Positions 8,228 to 16,136 of a stretch of DNA of 43,956 nt are shown here, piece by piece (within the stretch, counting starts at the first letter, position 1; each line of letters starts with the position of its first letter). A program made the position numbers and the translations under genes. Source of the stretch: Meiothermus sp. (GTDB taxonomy: Bacteria > Deinococcota > Deinococci > Deinococcales > Thermaceae); the NCBI GenBank assembly GCA_033762915.1, contig JANRLD010000091.1, positions 1-43,956 of the forward strand, read 5' to 3'. Below the pieces are notes generated by a model. That model had not been told where the DNA came from and did no database searches. It was given only the letters and a program-made list of their open reading frames with translations.

Positions 8228-8434
8228 TCAGTTTGGTCCGTAGGTCTTCGTATCGGACTCGAGTCTGACAACTGCTGACTGCAGAGACCGCACAGCGTCG
8301 GACAGCGCTTCGATGGTCTGGCTTTGCTTCCGCACCGTCAGCTGGCTTTGCCGCAGAAACAGCAGGGCAAGCAGCAGCGCTGGCCAAATGACGATGAGGC
8401 AGAAGACGCCGATGAAAACTAAGACATCAGTCAT
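8228..8434 (-). CDS. Small protein with a single TM helix and a coiled-coil tail
   Basis: ATG at 8434 overlaps the HAD gene end; hydrophobic N-terminus followed by a heptad-like segment. Confidence 0.6.
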   Translation of the reverse strand: MTDVLVFIGVFCLIVIWPALLLALLFLRQSQLTVRKQSQTIEALSDAVRSLQSAVVRLESDTKTYGPN

Positions 8435-8990
8435 TGAGACTCTCGAGGTAGGGCCAGAACTCACTCCAGTCACGAATGCGGGGCAGGTTGGACTTGGCGT
8501 TGTAGCCATAGTCACCAAACAGCAGCACGCCTTGACCGGCATCAGCCACGTCTTGGGCAGTGTCGGGATGGTCTTCCACCAGAAGGCTGTTCAGCTGCAT
8601 GGCCGAAGCCTTGTTGCGGGCCAGGAACAGCGGGGCATGAACTTGGAAGTGGCGACCAATGCTTGCGACGGTGGCGTTGGCAATCTCGGGGGGACGATGT
8701 GTGATGAAACCAGCCAGACGGCCAGCTTCAGCCACCTGCTGCACGACCTCCACAGCACCGGGCAGCGGTTCCATGGTCAGGTAGACACTGGGGTCTCTGA
8801 CCGAGTCCTGAAATGCTTTCTCAGCCTCTTGCTGCCGGGGCGCGAACAAGGCCTGGATGCCGGTGTAGTAAGTCGCCGGGTCCCCGTCAGGAACGGGGAC
8901 ACCCAGTCTACGGGCTACGTCTTCCTTGAAAGCCTTGGTACTGGCGAAGAGGGTGTTGTCCAGGTCGAAGTAGATGTACCGGTACTTCAT
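8427..8990 (-). CDS. HAD-family 5'(3')-deoxyribonucleotidase-like phosphatase
   Basis: FDLDNTL, PLPGA, ITHR, VEDHP and YN motifs typical of NT5C-like phage proteins. Confidence 0.85.
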   Translation of the reverse strand: MKYRYIYFDLDNTLFASTKAFKEDVARRLGVPVPDGDPATYYTGIQALFAPRQQEAEKAFQDSVRDPSVYLTMEPLPGAVEVVQQVAEAGRLAGFITHRPPEIANATVASIGRHFQVHAPLFLARNKASAMQLNSLLVEDHPDTAQDVADAGQGVLLFGDYGYNAKSNLPRIRDWSEFWPYLESLND

Positions 8991-9541
8991 ACCAGCACCC
9001 CCTCGGCAGTAGTAGTCAGGCCAAGCTTCACAGCAGCCAGCCCGCGGGTGAGGTTGGTTATCTTCCTCTCAAACTCAGGGACAGTTCCGTCGTTAAAGAC
9101 GGCGGCCGTGATGAGGCCGGCTTCGCGCACAGCCAGCAACTCTTCGTGTTCCTTCGGGTCTTTGGGGCCGCAATTGGGCCTCACTATCTCGAAGATGACT
9201 CCACCGTTGTCTACCCACCACTGGCACTCCTCCAGACGGAAGATGCGGGTGTTGACCAGCAGAGGTTCGTGCTGGGCCTTTTCCGTCATCTGCTGCCAGT
9301 ATTTGGGGTACCGGTGATAGCCAGCCTGGACAAGGAAACCACGAATCTGTTCCTTGCCAACGGGGTCGTCAGTCCAAGCCGAAATGCCGGTGTACTCCTG
9401 TAGTACGGCATCCGTGTCGGCCTTGATGTAGTCGCCCATGGCCACACGCTTCATGCCGGGTACAGCAGCAATGACTGCGTTGCCCGCGGTGTCCTTTCCT
9501 ACTCGGCCATAACCATGAAAAGCAATCCAAAGTTTGTTCAC
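8987..9541 (-). CDS. Deoxynucleoside monophosphate kinase-like P-loop protein
   Basis: FHGYGRVGKDT P-loop; IFRLEE...NGGVIFEIVRP; FNDGT. Confidence 0.8.
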   Translation of the reverse strand: MNKLWIAFHGYGRVGKDTAGNAVIAAVPGMKRVAMGDYIKADTDAVLQEYTGISAWTDDPVGKEQIRGFLVQAGYHRYPKYWQQMTEKAQHEPLLVNTRIFRLEECQWWVDNGGVIFEIVRPNCGPKDPKEHEELLAVREAGLITAAVFNDGTVPEFERKITNLTRGLAAVKLGLTTTAEGVLV

Positions 9542-9789
9542 TACTTCCTCCTAAAACGAACCAGTAACCTGGCAAGTGGTCGCAGGAATGGTGGCCAAGC
9601 CTGGGTCTTTTGAACAAAACACAAGTAGCGCCAGACCTCCATTTCGTCTTCACTTGTCAGGGCCAACCGCATGTTTGCGTCGTAAACAAACATCTTTCTG
9701 CCGTACTTCTTCACCGTGTACTGCAGGTCTTTTCCCAGGTTGGCTATGAGTGGTGCCACCAAGTTGGAGTTCAGGGGTCGCATTACCAT
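9541..9789 (-). CDS. Hypothetical phage protein
   Basis: GGAGA SD; 1-bp overlap with the next gene. Confidence 0.6.
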   Translation of the reverse strand: MVMRPLNSNLVAPLIANLGKDLQYTVKKYGRKMFVYDANMRLALTSEDEMEVWRYLCFVQKTQAWPPFLRPLARLLVRFRRK

Positions 9790-9800
9790 TGGCTTTCTCC

Positions 9801-9836
9801 AAAAGAGTTCTGGGGGCCTATAAGGCCCCCAGAACT
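9801..9836 (-). terminator. Terminator-like hairpin
   Basis: Perfect 14-bp inverted repeat AGTTCTGGGGGCCT/AGGCCCCCAGAACT followed by CTTTT on the minus strand. Confidence 0.65.
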
Positions 9837-9856
9837 AGGAAGTGGGTGTATTACGA

Positions 9857-10168
9857 CTAGTTGAACTGTGCAGCCCTACGGTCGCCCAGCATGCGCAGGA
9901 ACTGACGGGCTTCAGCCCCAGTCAGGTTGATGGTCCCTGAGGAATACTCCACGGCCACCAGATTGTCCCGCACCTCGTAAGTCTCGTAGGTGTGCAGATT
10001 CATGCCGCCGAACGAGGTGTACATGGGCTTCGGAGGACGGGCCGGAAGGGCACGAATGGTGGCTTCCTCCACGTCGATGGGCGCAAACATGCCTTCGAAG
10101 GACTTGACAAGCTGGTCGATAGTTTCGCGGTCAGAGGGGCTTGCGGGAAAAGTAATGTGGTCACTCAT
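9857..10168 (-). CDS. Hypothetical phage protein
   Basis: ATGA overlap with the MazG gene; GGAG SD. Confidence 0.65.
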   Translation of the reverse strand: MSDHITFPASPSDRETIDQLVKSFEGMFAPIDVEEATIRALPARPPKPMYTSFGGMNLHTYETYEVRDNLVAVEYSSGTINLTGAEARQFLRMLGDRRAAQFN

Positions 10169-10524
10169 CGGTTGTCTCCACTTCCCTGCAGCACACCGCG
10201 TTCAGCGCGGTCGCGCAGTTTGGCCTGGTTAACTAGGGCCACTTCCTCGAGGCTGTACCCGAGTTCGTAGGCGGTGGCGGCCACGTACCACAGCACGTCG
10301 CCCAACTCCTTGCGTAGGGCTTCCCGTACTTCTTGCCTTAGAGGAAGGCCGGTGATAAGAGACGACGCATCCTTCATGTCGTCGCGAATCACCTTCCCGA
10401 CCTTCTCAGAGACTTCTCCAGCTTCACCGGCCAGTTTCAGCACGGTGTACAGCAGGCCTAGGCCACCGACCTTCGGATAGATGGCGGTCTTCAGGGCCTG
10501 TTCTTGATACTCGTTCAACCTCAC
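10165..10524 (-). CDS. MazG-like nucleoside triphosphate pyrophosphohydrolase
   Basis: LNEYQ, LAGEAGEV, KELGDVLWY and N..KL..R..RGVL.GSGDNR motifs. Confidence 0.93.
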   Translation of the reverse strand: MRLNEYQEQALKTAIYPKVGGLGLLYTVLKLAGEAGEVSEKVGKVIRDDMKDASSLITGLPLRQEVREALRKELGDVLWYVAATAYELGYSLEEVALVNQAKLRDRAERGVLQGSGDNR

Positions 10525-11018
10525 TGCACGTCCTCCTTATCGAATGTCAACACGCGATAGCCCGCATCTACCAACTCCGCTTCCGGAATTAGGTAGAAGA
10601 AGCAATCGTAGTGACCCTTGAGGGTAGTCTTCTTCATGGTGTACTGCTTCTGCATGCAGCGCAGACGCAGGTCAGCCATGTCGATGACGTAGGCTTTGTT
10701 GAAGGCCAGCATGACGTACAGCAGAACGTCGGCCTTCGACTTGTAAAGCCAGCCGGGTGAGACGCGGCCGGTGACATAGTTAAGGTGGGTTTCGGCGACT
10801 ATGTTGCCGGTTCGGTGCGCGTCAGCCTTGACCTCCAGAAACAGCTTCTGTTTGGCCCCAGTGACGGCGAAGTCGGCATGCAACCACTTCTGGTCGCCGA
10901 CAGCGGTGATGTGTTCAATGTGTGCGCCTGGGTAGAGGCGCGGGATTAAGACATCCCGCGCCAGGGCCTCACCCTTGACGCCGACTGATACTGCGTCTTG
11001 CCAAGTTCGTCCAGCCAT
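10521..11018 (-). CDS. PD-(D/E)xK-like phage nuclease-fold protein
   Basis: GE...DF...LEVKAD..TGNIVAE...PGWLYKSKAD pattern. Confidence 0.65.
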   Translation of the reverse strand: MAGRTWQDAVSVGVKGEALARDVLIPRLYPGAHIEHITAVGDQKWLHADFAVTGAKQKLFLEVKADAHRTGNIVAETHLNYVTGRVSPGWLYKSKADVLLYVMLAFNKAYVIDMADLRLRCMQKQYTMKKTTLKGHYDCFFYLIPEAELVDAGYRVLTFDKEDVQ

Positions 11019-11020
11019 GC

Positions 11021-11046
11021 AAAAGCCGGCGCTTTACGGCGCCGGC
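11021..11046 (-). promoter_or_regulatory. GC hairpin plus U4 lying between the SD and the start codon of the nuclease-like gene
   Basis: Minus strand reads AAAGGAG-GCCGGCGC-CGTAAA-GCGCCGGC-TTTTGC-ATG. Confidence 0.55.
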
Positions 11047-11117
11047 CTCCTTTCTAAGCGTTGTTAGTTGTCTATCTCAGCGTAGCACACCGCTTGGATT
11101 GGCTGGTTGTACTGAGT

Positions 11118-11369
11118 TCAAAATTGTGCAGCGCGAAGCTGGCTAACCCTGTCGGAGAATGGTGTCAACGTGAACACCACGTGTACCACCTGCCCTACCC
11201 TGTATTCGACCTCGTAGACTCGCAACTTCGAGTCGTCTAGGAACGTGTACTCGCGGTAGGCCGGATTAGCTGAAGCTACAACACGCCGCTTCTTGAAGGG
11301 GTGTGTAAAGCCCAGGGCATTGTACACACCATCCTTTAGCCTTTCGGTTTCGAGTTGTGCGTGAGTCAT
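11118..11369 (-). CDS. Hypothetical phage protein directly downstream of the integrase
   Basis: 83-aa ORF starting 3 bp after the integrase stop, with AAGGT SD. Confidence 0.6.
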   Translation of the reverse strand: MTHAQLETERLKDGVYNALGFTHPFKKRRVVASANPAYREYTFLDDSKLRVYEVEYRVGQVVHVVFTLTPFSDRVSQLRAAQF

Positions 11370-11372
11370 TGG

Positions 11373-12269
11373 TTACCTTCCCCAAAGCCGGTCTACAGGA
11401 CCGGCCTTAGCGTGGGCTTCGGCCAGATGTTCGTCCGCCAGACTGCTGTAACGCCGCGTCATCTCCAGGGTCGAGTGGCCCAGCAAGCGCTGCAAGGCCA
11501 AGGCTGAACCGCCAGAGACAAGAAACTGGGTCGCAAAGGTGTGGCGAAACTTGTGGGCAGAGACTGGCAGGTCGGCTGGCAAACCGGCCGACTTCTTCAG
11601 CCTCTTGATGACCTGACTTACCCCTTCGTACGTCCAGGGGTTGCCCTGGTCGTTGAGAAACAGCCTCGGAGTGTCGCCAACAGGCTTGCGGTCTTTGCGC
11701 AAGTAGGCGTTGAGGTGGCGCGCAGTTTTGTAGCCGTAGTACAAACTGCGGTCCCGGTCACCTTTGCCTCGAACCTGGATGCTGCGGTTATCCTGGTTAA
11801 TGTCGGAAACGTTAACGTTCAGGAGTTCCTGCACCCTGGCCCCAGTGTCTAGCAGCAAGAGAAGCATGCAGCGGTTGCGTGCAGCTTGTGTGCTTCGACC
11901 GGCAGCCTCAAGCAGCCGGTCGACGGCTGAGGGGTTTAGCGGCTTTACGGGCTTATCCTTGGCCTTGGGCACGCCAGCGGCGGTCACAGGGTTGAAGGCC
12001 AAGTCCACTAGCTTTTCCGCTTCGATAAAGCGGAAAAGCGCTTTCAGGTCGCGAATGTAGCCGGGTAGTGCGTAGTCTTGTTCTTGGAGGTAGACCCAGA
12101 ACTTACGGACTACGGTCTTCGTCACTGCACCCACTTCCAAGACCTTCTCGGTTTCGAGAAAGTCTGCGAAAACCCTGAACGTTTGGCGGTAGTGCGTCAG
12201 CGTTCCAGGCTTAACGTTCATGCTGCGCTTGTACAGCAGAAAGTCGTCGAATGCTTCTGCAACCTTCAT
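11373..12269 (-). CDS. int: Tyrosine recombinase / phage integrase
   Basis: ATG at 12269 with GGAG SD. Catalytic R (TGARVQE), K (GKG), HKFRH, LGH and Y (TRRY) are present. The longer ORF-track version runs through the tRNA and is an artefact. Confidence 0.95.
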   Translation of the reverse strand: MKVAEAFDDFLLYKRSMNVKPGTLTHYRQTFRVFADFLETEKVLEVGAVTKTVVRKFWVYLQEQDYALPGYIRDLKALFRFIEAEKLVDLAFNPVTAAGVPKAKDKPVKPLNPSAVDRLLEAAGRSTQAARNRCMLLLLLDTGARVQELLNVNVSDINQDNRSIQVRGKGDRDRSLYYGYKTARHLNAYLRKDRKPVGDTPRLFLNDQGNPWTYEGVSQVIKRLKKSAGLPADLPVSAHKFRHTFATQFLVSGGSALALQRLLGHSTLEMTRRYSSLADEHLAEAHAKAGPVDRLWGR

Positions 12270-12394
12270 AGCACTCCAGTCGCGGCCTGTTTCGGCGACC
12301 CGCTGTCTGCGGGTCGACCGGTCCAAGTCAGAACTGTGGCTGCGTCGGCTGGCTGCTGCTAGTTGTGCTGTCCTACACGCTACTGGTTTTCTTC

Positions 12395-12469
12395 TGGTGG
12401 AGGCGAAGGGAATTGAACCCCCGACCCGCTGCTTGCAAAGCAGCCGCTCTCCCGCTGAGCTACGCCCCC
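12395..12469 (-). tRNA. tRNA-Ala (anticodon TGC)
   Basis: GGGGGCGTAGCTCAGCGGGAGAGCGGCTGCTTTGCAAGCAGCGGGTCGGGGGTTCAATTCCCTTCGCCTCCACCA folds into a cloverleaf with the G3:U70 pair and an encoded CCA. Confidence 0.96.
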
Positions 12470-12484
12470 AAAAGAGCAGAGGGA

Positions 12485-12513
12485 AGTATAGCAGGGTTTC
12501 GGCGCGGGCGCAA
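12485..12513 (-). promoter_or_regulatory. Sigma70-type promoter of tRNA-Ala
   Basis: TTGCGC-17 bp-TATACT on the minus strand. Confidence 0.65.
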
Positions 12514-12585
12514 ATCAGAAACGCTACAGCCCCCGTCCCGGCGTTCTTCAACATTGTCATGAAAAACCGATAGAATGGGCCGGAT

Positions 12586-13632
12586 ATGGCGGGATTGTTC
12601 TCCTTTCGTGGTGAAGACGTTGGCATAGACCTCGGCACGGCCTCCGTGCTGATTTTCGTCCGTGGCAAAGGCATTGTGCTGCGTGAGCCCTCGGTGATTG
12701 CGATGGTCAGCGGGACCAAAGAGGTTAAGGCGGTGGGGGCCGAAGCCTACCGGATGCTGGGGCGCACCCCCGGCAACATCATCGCCGCCCGGCCGCTCAA
12801 GGACGGCGTGATCGCCGACTACACCCTGACCGAGCGGATGTTGACGCTGTTTATTAAGAAGGTGCTGCCTCCGCTGCGCTTCTTCCGACCCCAGGTGATG
12901 GTGGGGGTGCCCTCGGGCGTGACCGAGGTCGAACGCCGGGCAGTGGTGCAGGCCATCGTGGAGGCCGGGGCCAAGCGGGCTTTTCTGATCGACGAGCCAC
13001 TGGCCGCCGCCATTGGGGCGGGCATCAAGATCGCCGAGCCCACCGGCAGCATGGTGGTCGACATCGGGGGCGGCTCCTCCGACATTGCGGTGATCTCGCT
13101 GGGCGGTATTGTGCGCTCCTCGAGCCTTCGCATCGCGGGCAACGAGTTCGACGACTCCATCATCCGCCACATCCGCAACAAGTACAACCTGCTGGTGGGC
13201 GAGCGTACCGCCGAGGAGCTGAAGATCAAGATCGGCGCGGCCAAGCTATTCCCCGGCGACAGCGGCTCGGTGGCCGAGGTGCGGGGGCGTGACCTGATCT
13301 CGGGACTTCCCAAGAGCATCGAGGTCAACACCGACGATGTGGTGGACGCCCTCCGCGAGCCCCTGGACAAAATTGTGCAGGGCGTCAAGGGTGTGCTCGA
13401 GACCACCCCCCCTGAGCTGGTGGCCGACATCATAGACCGTGGGATTCTGCTCACCGGCGGCGGGGCCTTGCTGCGCAACTTCGACGTACTGCTTCAGGAG
13501 GCCACCGGCGTCCCCGTGGTGGTGGCCGAGAACGCCGTGGAGGCGGTGGCGCTAGGGACCGGCAAGGCCCTGGACATGCTGCACGTGCTGCGCGACGCGC
13601 TGGTGACTTCGGACAACGTGCTGAAGCGCTGA
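12586..13632 (+). CDS. mreB: Rod shape-determining protein MreB
   Basis: GIDLGTA, RPLKDGVIAD, DIGGG and LTGGGALL actin-like motifs. Confidence 0.97.
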   Translation: MAGLFSFRGEDVGIDLGTASVLIFVRGKGIVLREPSVIAMVSGTKEVKAVGAEAYRMLGRTPGNIIAARPLKDGVIADYTLTERMLTLFIKKVLPPLRFFRPQVMVGVPSGVTEVERRAVVQAIVEAGAKRAFLIDEPLAAAIGAGIKIAEPTGSMVVDIGGGSSDIAVISLGGIVRSSSLRIAGNEFDDSIIRHIRNKYNLLVGERTAEELKIKIGAAKLFPGDSGSVAEVRGRDLISGLPKSIEVNTDDVVDALREPLDKIVQGVKGVLETTPPELVADIIDRGILLTGGGALLRNFDVLLQEATGVPVVVAENAVEAVALGTGKALDMLHVLRDALVTSDNVLKR

Positions 13633-13673
13633 GGCGCCGGCGAGAGCCATGGTCGGCGGTCGATGAGCGGTGA

Positions 13674-13830
13674 TAAGTGTCTCCATAGTTGGAATGCGAG
13701 ATGCCGCCCGCCAACTCTCGCAGGGAATTGCGCCTCGGGTAGCCGCTCTGCGGCTATGGCGCACGCCACTCCGCCCAGGCACGTATTTGTCGCTTCCACT
13801 GATACTGCACTTCTACCCTGGCGCAACTTA
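13674..13830. mobile_element. MITE family B (TA-flanked, imperfect TIRs of about 25 bp)
   Basis: Left end TAAGTGTCTCCATAG, right end CCTGGCGCAACTTA. Homologous to 23991-24112 and to a partial copy at 40543-40600. Confidence 0.7.
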
Positions 13831-13899
13831 GACCGCCGCGCCACAAAGAATTGAGGCCTGGCTCTAAGGTTTTGCAGGGTTTTCCGCTCTCGACCGGAT

Positions 13900-14907
13900 A
13901 TGCTCCTATCCCACATCGCCCGTCAGATCGGGGGCCGCCTCGAAGGGCCCGACGTTGAGGTTTCGGGCCTCTGCCCGCCCGGACAGGACGGTGCGGGCAG
14001 TCTGGTGGTGGTGCGGGAGGCGAGGTTTCTCGAGGCCGCGCTCGCGGGCGGGGCGGCGCTGGTGGTCGAGGAGGGTTTGAAGTGCCCGGCGGGACGGTCG
14101 CTGATTCGGGTCGAGAAGGTGGGGCGGGTCTGGCCCGAGGTGCTGGGGTTGTTCGATGTGCCCATACGCTGGGCCGAGGCCGGCGTCCACCCCACGGCAG
14201 TGATCGGGGCGGGGGCGCGGGTTGACCCGGCAGCGGCGGTGGGCGCTTTTGTGGTGATCGGGGCCGGTGCGCGGGTGGAGGCCGGGGCCGTAGTCGCGCC
14301 GCACGGCTACATCGGCGAGGGCGCGGTGGTGGGCGAGGGGAGTGTACTCGAGCCTCGAGTCACCCTCTACCCTGGAACGGTGCTGGGTAAGGGCTGCAAG
14401 ATCGCTGCGGGTGCGGTGCTGGGGGCCGTCGGGTTTGGATTCCAGAACCGCCAGCGTCTGCCGCACACGGGCCGGGTGGTGCTCGAGGAGGGCGTGGAGA
14501 TCGGGGCCAACTGCGTAATCCAGCGCAGCGTGGTGGGCGATACCCGCGTCGGGGCCTTCAGCAAGATCGGCGACCTGACCAACATGGGCCACAATGCGCA
14601 GGTCGGCAAGAACGTGGTGATGGTGGGCTCCAGCGCCATCGGGGGCAGCGCCGTGCTCGAGGACGAAGTGCTGATGGGCGGCTGGGTGGTAGTGTCCGAC
14701 CACGTGCGCATCGAGAAGGGGGCCACCGTCGCCGGCGGCAGCGGCATCTCCAAAACCGTCCCGGCCGGACAGACCTGGGCCAGCGGCCTCCCCGCCCAGC
14801 CCATCCGCCAGCACTGGCGCAGGCTGGCTCTGCTGGACTGGCTGGTGGGCGTCGAACGGAAACTGCGAAGGTTGCTGGGCTCGGAAAACCCCCAGGACAA
14901 GGGATAA
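13900..14907 (+). CDS. lpxD: UDP-3-O-acylglucosamine N-acyltransferase
   Basis: LpxD-like N-terminal domain, hexapeptide repeats, GFGF, PHTGRVVLE.GVEIGAN, and SKIGDL..MGHN. Confidence 0.9.
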   Translation: MLLSHIARQIGGRLEGPDVEVSGLCPPGQDGAGSLVVVREARFLEAALAGGAALVVEEGLKCPAGRSLIRVEKVGRVWPEVLGLFDVPIRWAEAGVHPTAVIGAGARVDPAAAVGAFVVIGAGARVEAGAVVAPHGYIGEGAVVGEGSVLEPRVTLYPGTVLGKGCKIAAGAVLGAVGFGFQNRQRLPHTGRVVLEEGVEIGANCVIQRSVVGDTRVGAFSKIGDLTNMGHNAQVGKNVVMVGSSAIGGSAVLEDEVLMGGWVVVSDHVRIEKGATVAGGSGISKTVPAGQTWASGLPAQPIRQHWRRLALLDWLVGVERKLRRLLGSENPQDKG

Positions 14908-15186
14908 AGCGGCGGAAAGCGGAAAGCTGCGGGTTCAGAGTTCACCAGATAACGCCGGCCCTGCCGAACTCTCAAGCCCCGCGACGGACAGGTTTCGGCC
15001 CCAACGGGCGATTCCCGCTCGCCCCTCTCGGGTACGGCATGTGGCCTCGCGAGCGCTGCGGTGGAGGAGGCACACAAGGTCGCTGACGGGTTAGGATTGG
15101 AACCGCCGCAAAGGCAAGGCTTCTCTCCAGCTCACCGGCCTCTGTTTCCCATCCGACCTTCCTCCCGCTTTACCCCTCTACTCCCC

Positions 15187-15969
15187 ATGAACCCGATCAG
15201 CGGCATCGGCCTACACAGTGGCGAAAAGAGCGTCGTCCGTTTTCACCCTGCCGAAGGGCCGGTGAGCTTTCGGGTGAAGGGGCGGGAGTTCAGGCCCCTG
15301 GCCTCGAGCGTTACCGACACCACCCGGTGTACGGAGCTGGGCTTTGAGGGCGGCAGCCTGGCGACGGTGGAACACCTGCTGGCGGCCTTGTTCATCCGAA
15401 ACATCTGGGAAGGCTTGGCGGTGGAGGTCGAGGGGGCTGAACTTCCGATTCTTGACGGCAGTTCAAGGGTGTGGCTCGAGGCCCTCTCTCCTTTCCCCAG
15501 CGCCGGCCCGCCGCCCGTACCTTTGACCCAGCGCCTCGAAGTGGTGCTGGGAGGCAGCACCGCCGAGGCCGAGCCTGCCGAGGCCTTTGTGCTTGAGGCT
15601 GCCATCAGCTTTCCCCATCCCAAAATTGGCGACCAGCAGATAGCCTGCCCGCCGCTGGCCCTGGCCGACCTGGCCACCGCCCGCACCTTCGGCTTCCTGC
15701 ACGAGGTCGAGGCCTTGCGGGCGCAGGGGCTGATCCGCGGGGCATCGCTCGAGAACGCCCTGGTCTTTGGTGAGCGGGACTTCGCCAACCCGCCCCGCTT
15801 CCCCGACGAGCCGGTGCGACATAAGGCGCTCGACGCCCTGGGCGATCTCTATCTGGCGGGGCGTCCGGTCCTGGCCCGGTTCACGGTTCGGCGGGGCTCG
15901 CACCGCCTGCACGTCGCGCTGGCGAGGAAAATCCAGGCCTGGCTCGAGGCCAGCCCGGACACCACATAA
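15187..15969 (+). CDS. lpxC: UDP-3-O-acyl-N-acetylglucosamine deacetylase
   Basis: GIGLHSG, TVEHLLAAL, ELPILDGS, ARTFG, HKALDALGDL and GSH motifs. Confidence 0.93.
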   Translation: MNPISGIGLHSGEKSVVRFHPAEGPVSFRVKGREFRPLASSVTDTTRCTELGFEGGSLATVEHLLAALFIRNIWEGLAVEVEGAELPILDGSSRVWLEALSPFPSAGPPPVPLTQRLEVVLGGSTAEAEPAEAFVLEAAISFPHPKIGDQQIACPPLALADLATARTFGFLHEVEALRAQGLIRGASLENALVFGERDFANPPRFPDEPVRHKALDALGDLYLAGRPVLARFTVRRGSHRLHVALARKIQAWLEASPDTT

Positions 15970-16136
15970 ACCGCCAACAGCGTCCTAAACTGGACCCCAT
16001 CGCCGAAAACTAGGCCGCGGTTGAATGTGTACTGCTTGCAAATTCCCACACGTTAAGGTGTATTATCCTGCTCAAGACGCGGGCAGACACCCTAGCGTTA
16101 CGTGATGCGTGGACGGAGATCCATTTTGAGGCGTGC

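Larger units (their letters stand above)
1..12394 (-). mobile_element. Prophage or phage-like integrated element (one end; continues beyond window start), integrated at the 3' end of tRNA-Ala
   Basis: Tyrosine integrase abuts the tRNA 3' end. Tightly packed co-oriented phage-type genes (PolA, NrdJ, MazG, dNMP kinase, macrodomain). Visibly lower GC than the host side, and near absence of the host-enriched CTCGAG. No structural genes fall inside the window. Confidence 0.88.

Noticed and set aside
11373..12719. 448-aa integrase ORF from the track
   Set aside because: The N-terminal extension runs through tRNA-Ala and antisense to mreB; the real start is the SD-preceded ATG at 12269
14908..15186. 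279-bp gap between lpxD and lpxC as an ncRNA or an lpxC N-terminal extension
   Set aside because: No recognisable RNA family structure, and LpxC homology starts at ATG 15187; it may be decayed repeat sequence but I cannot support a call
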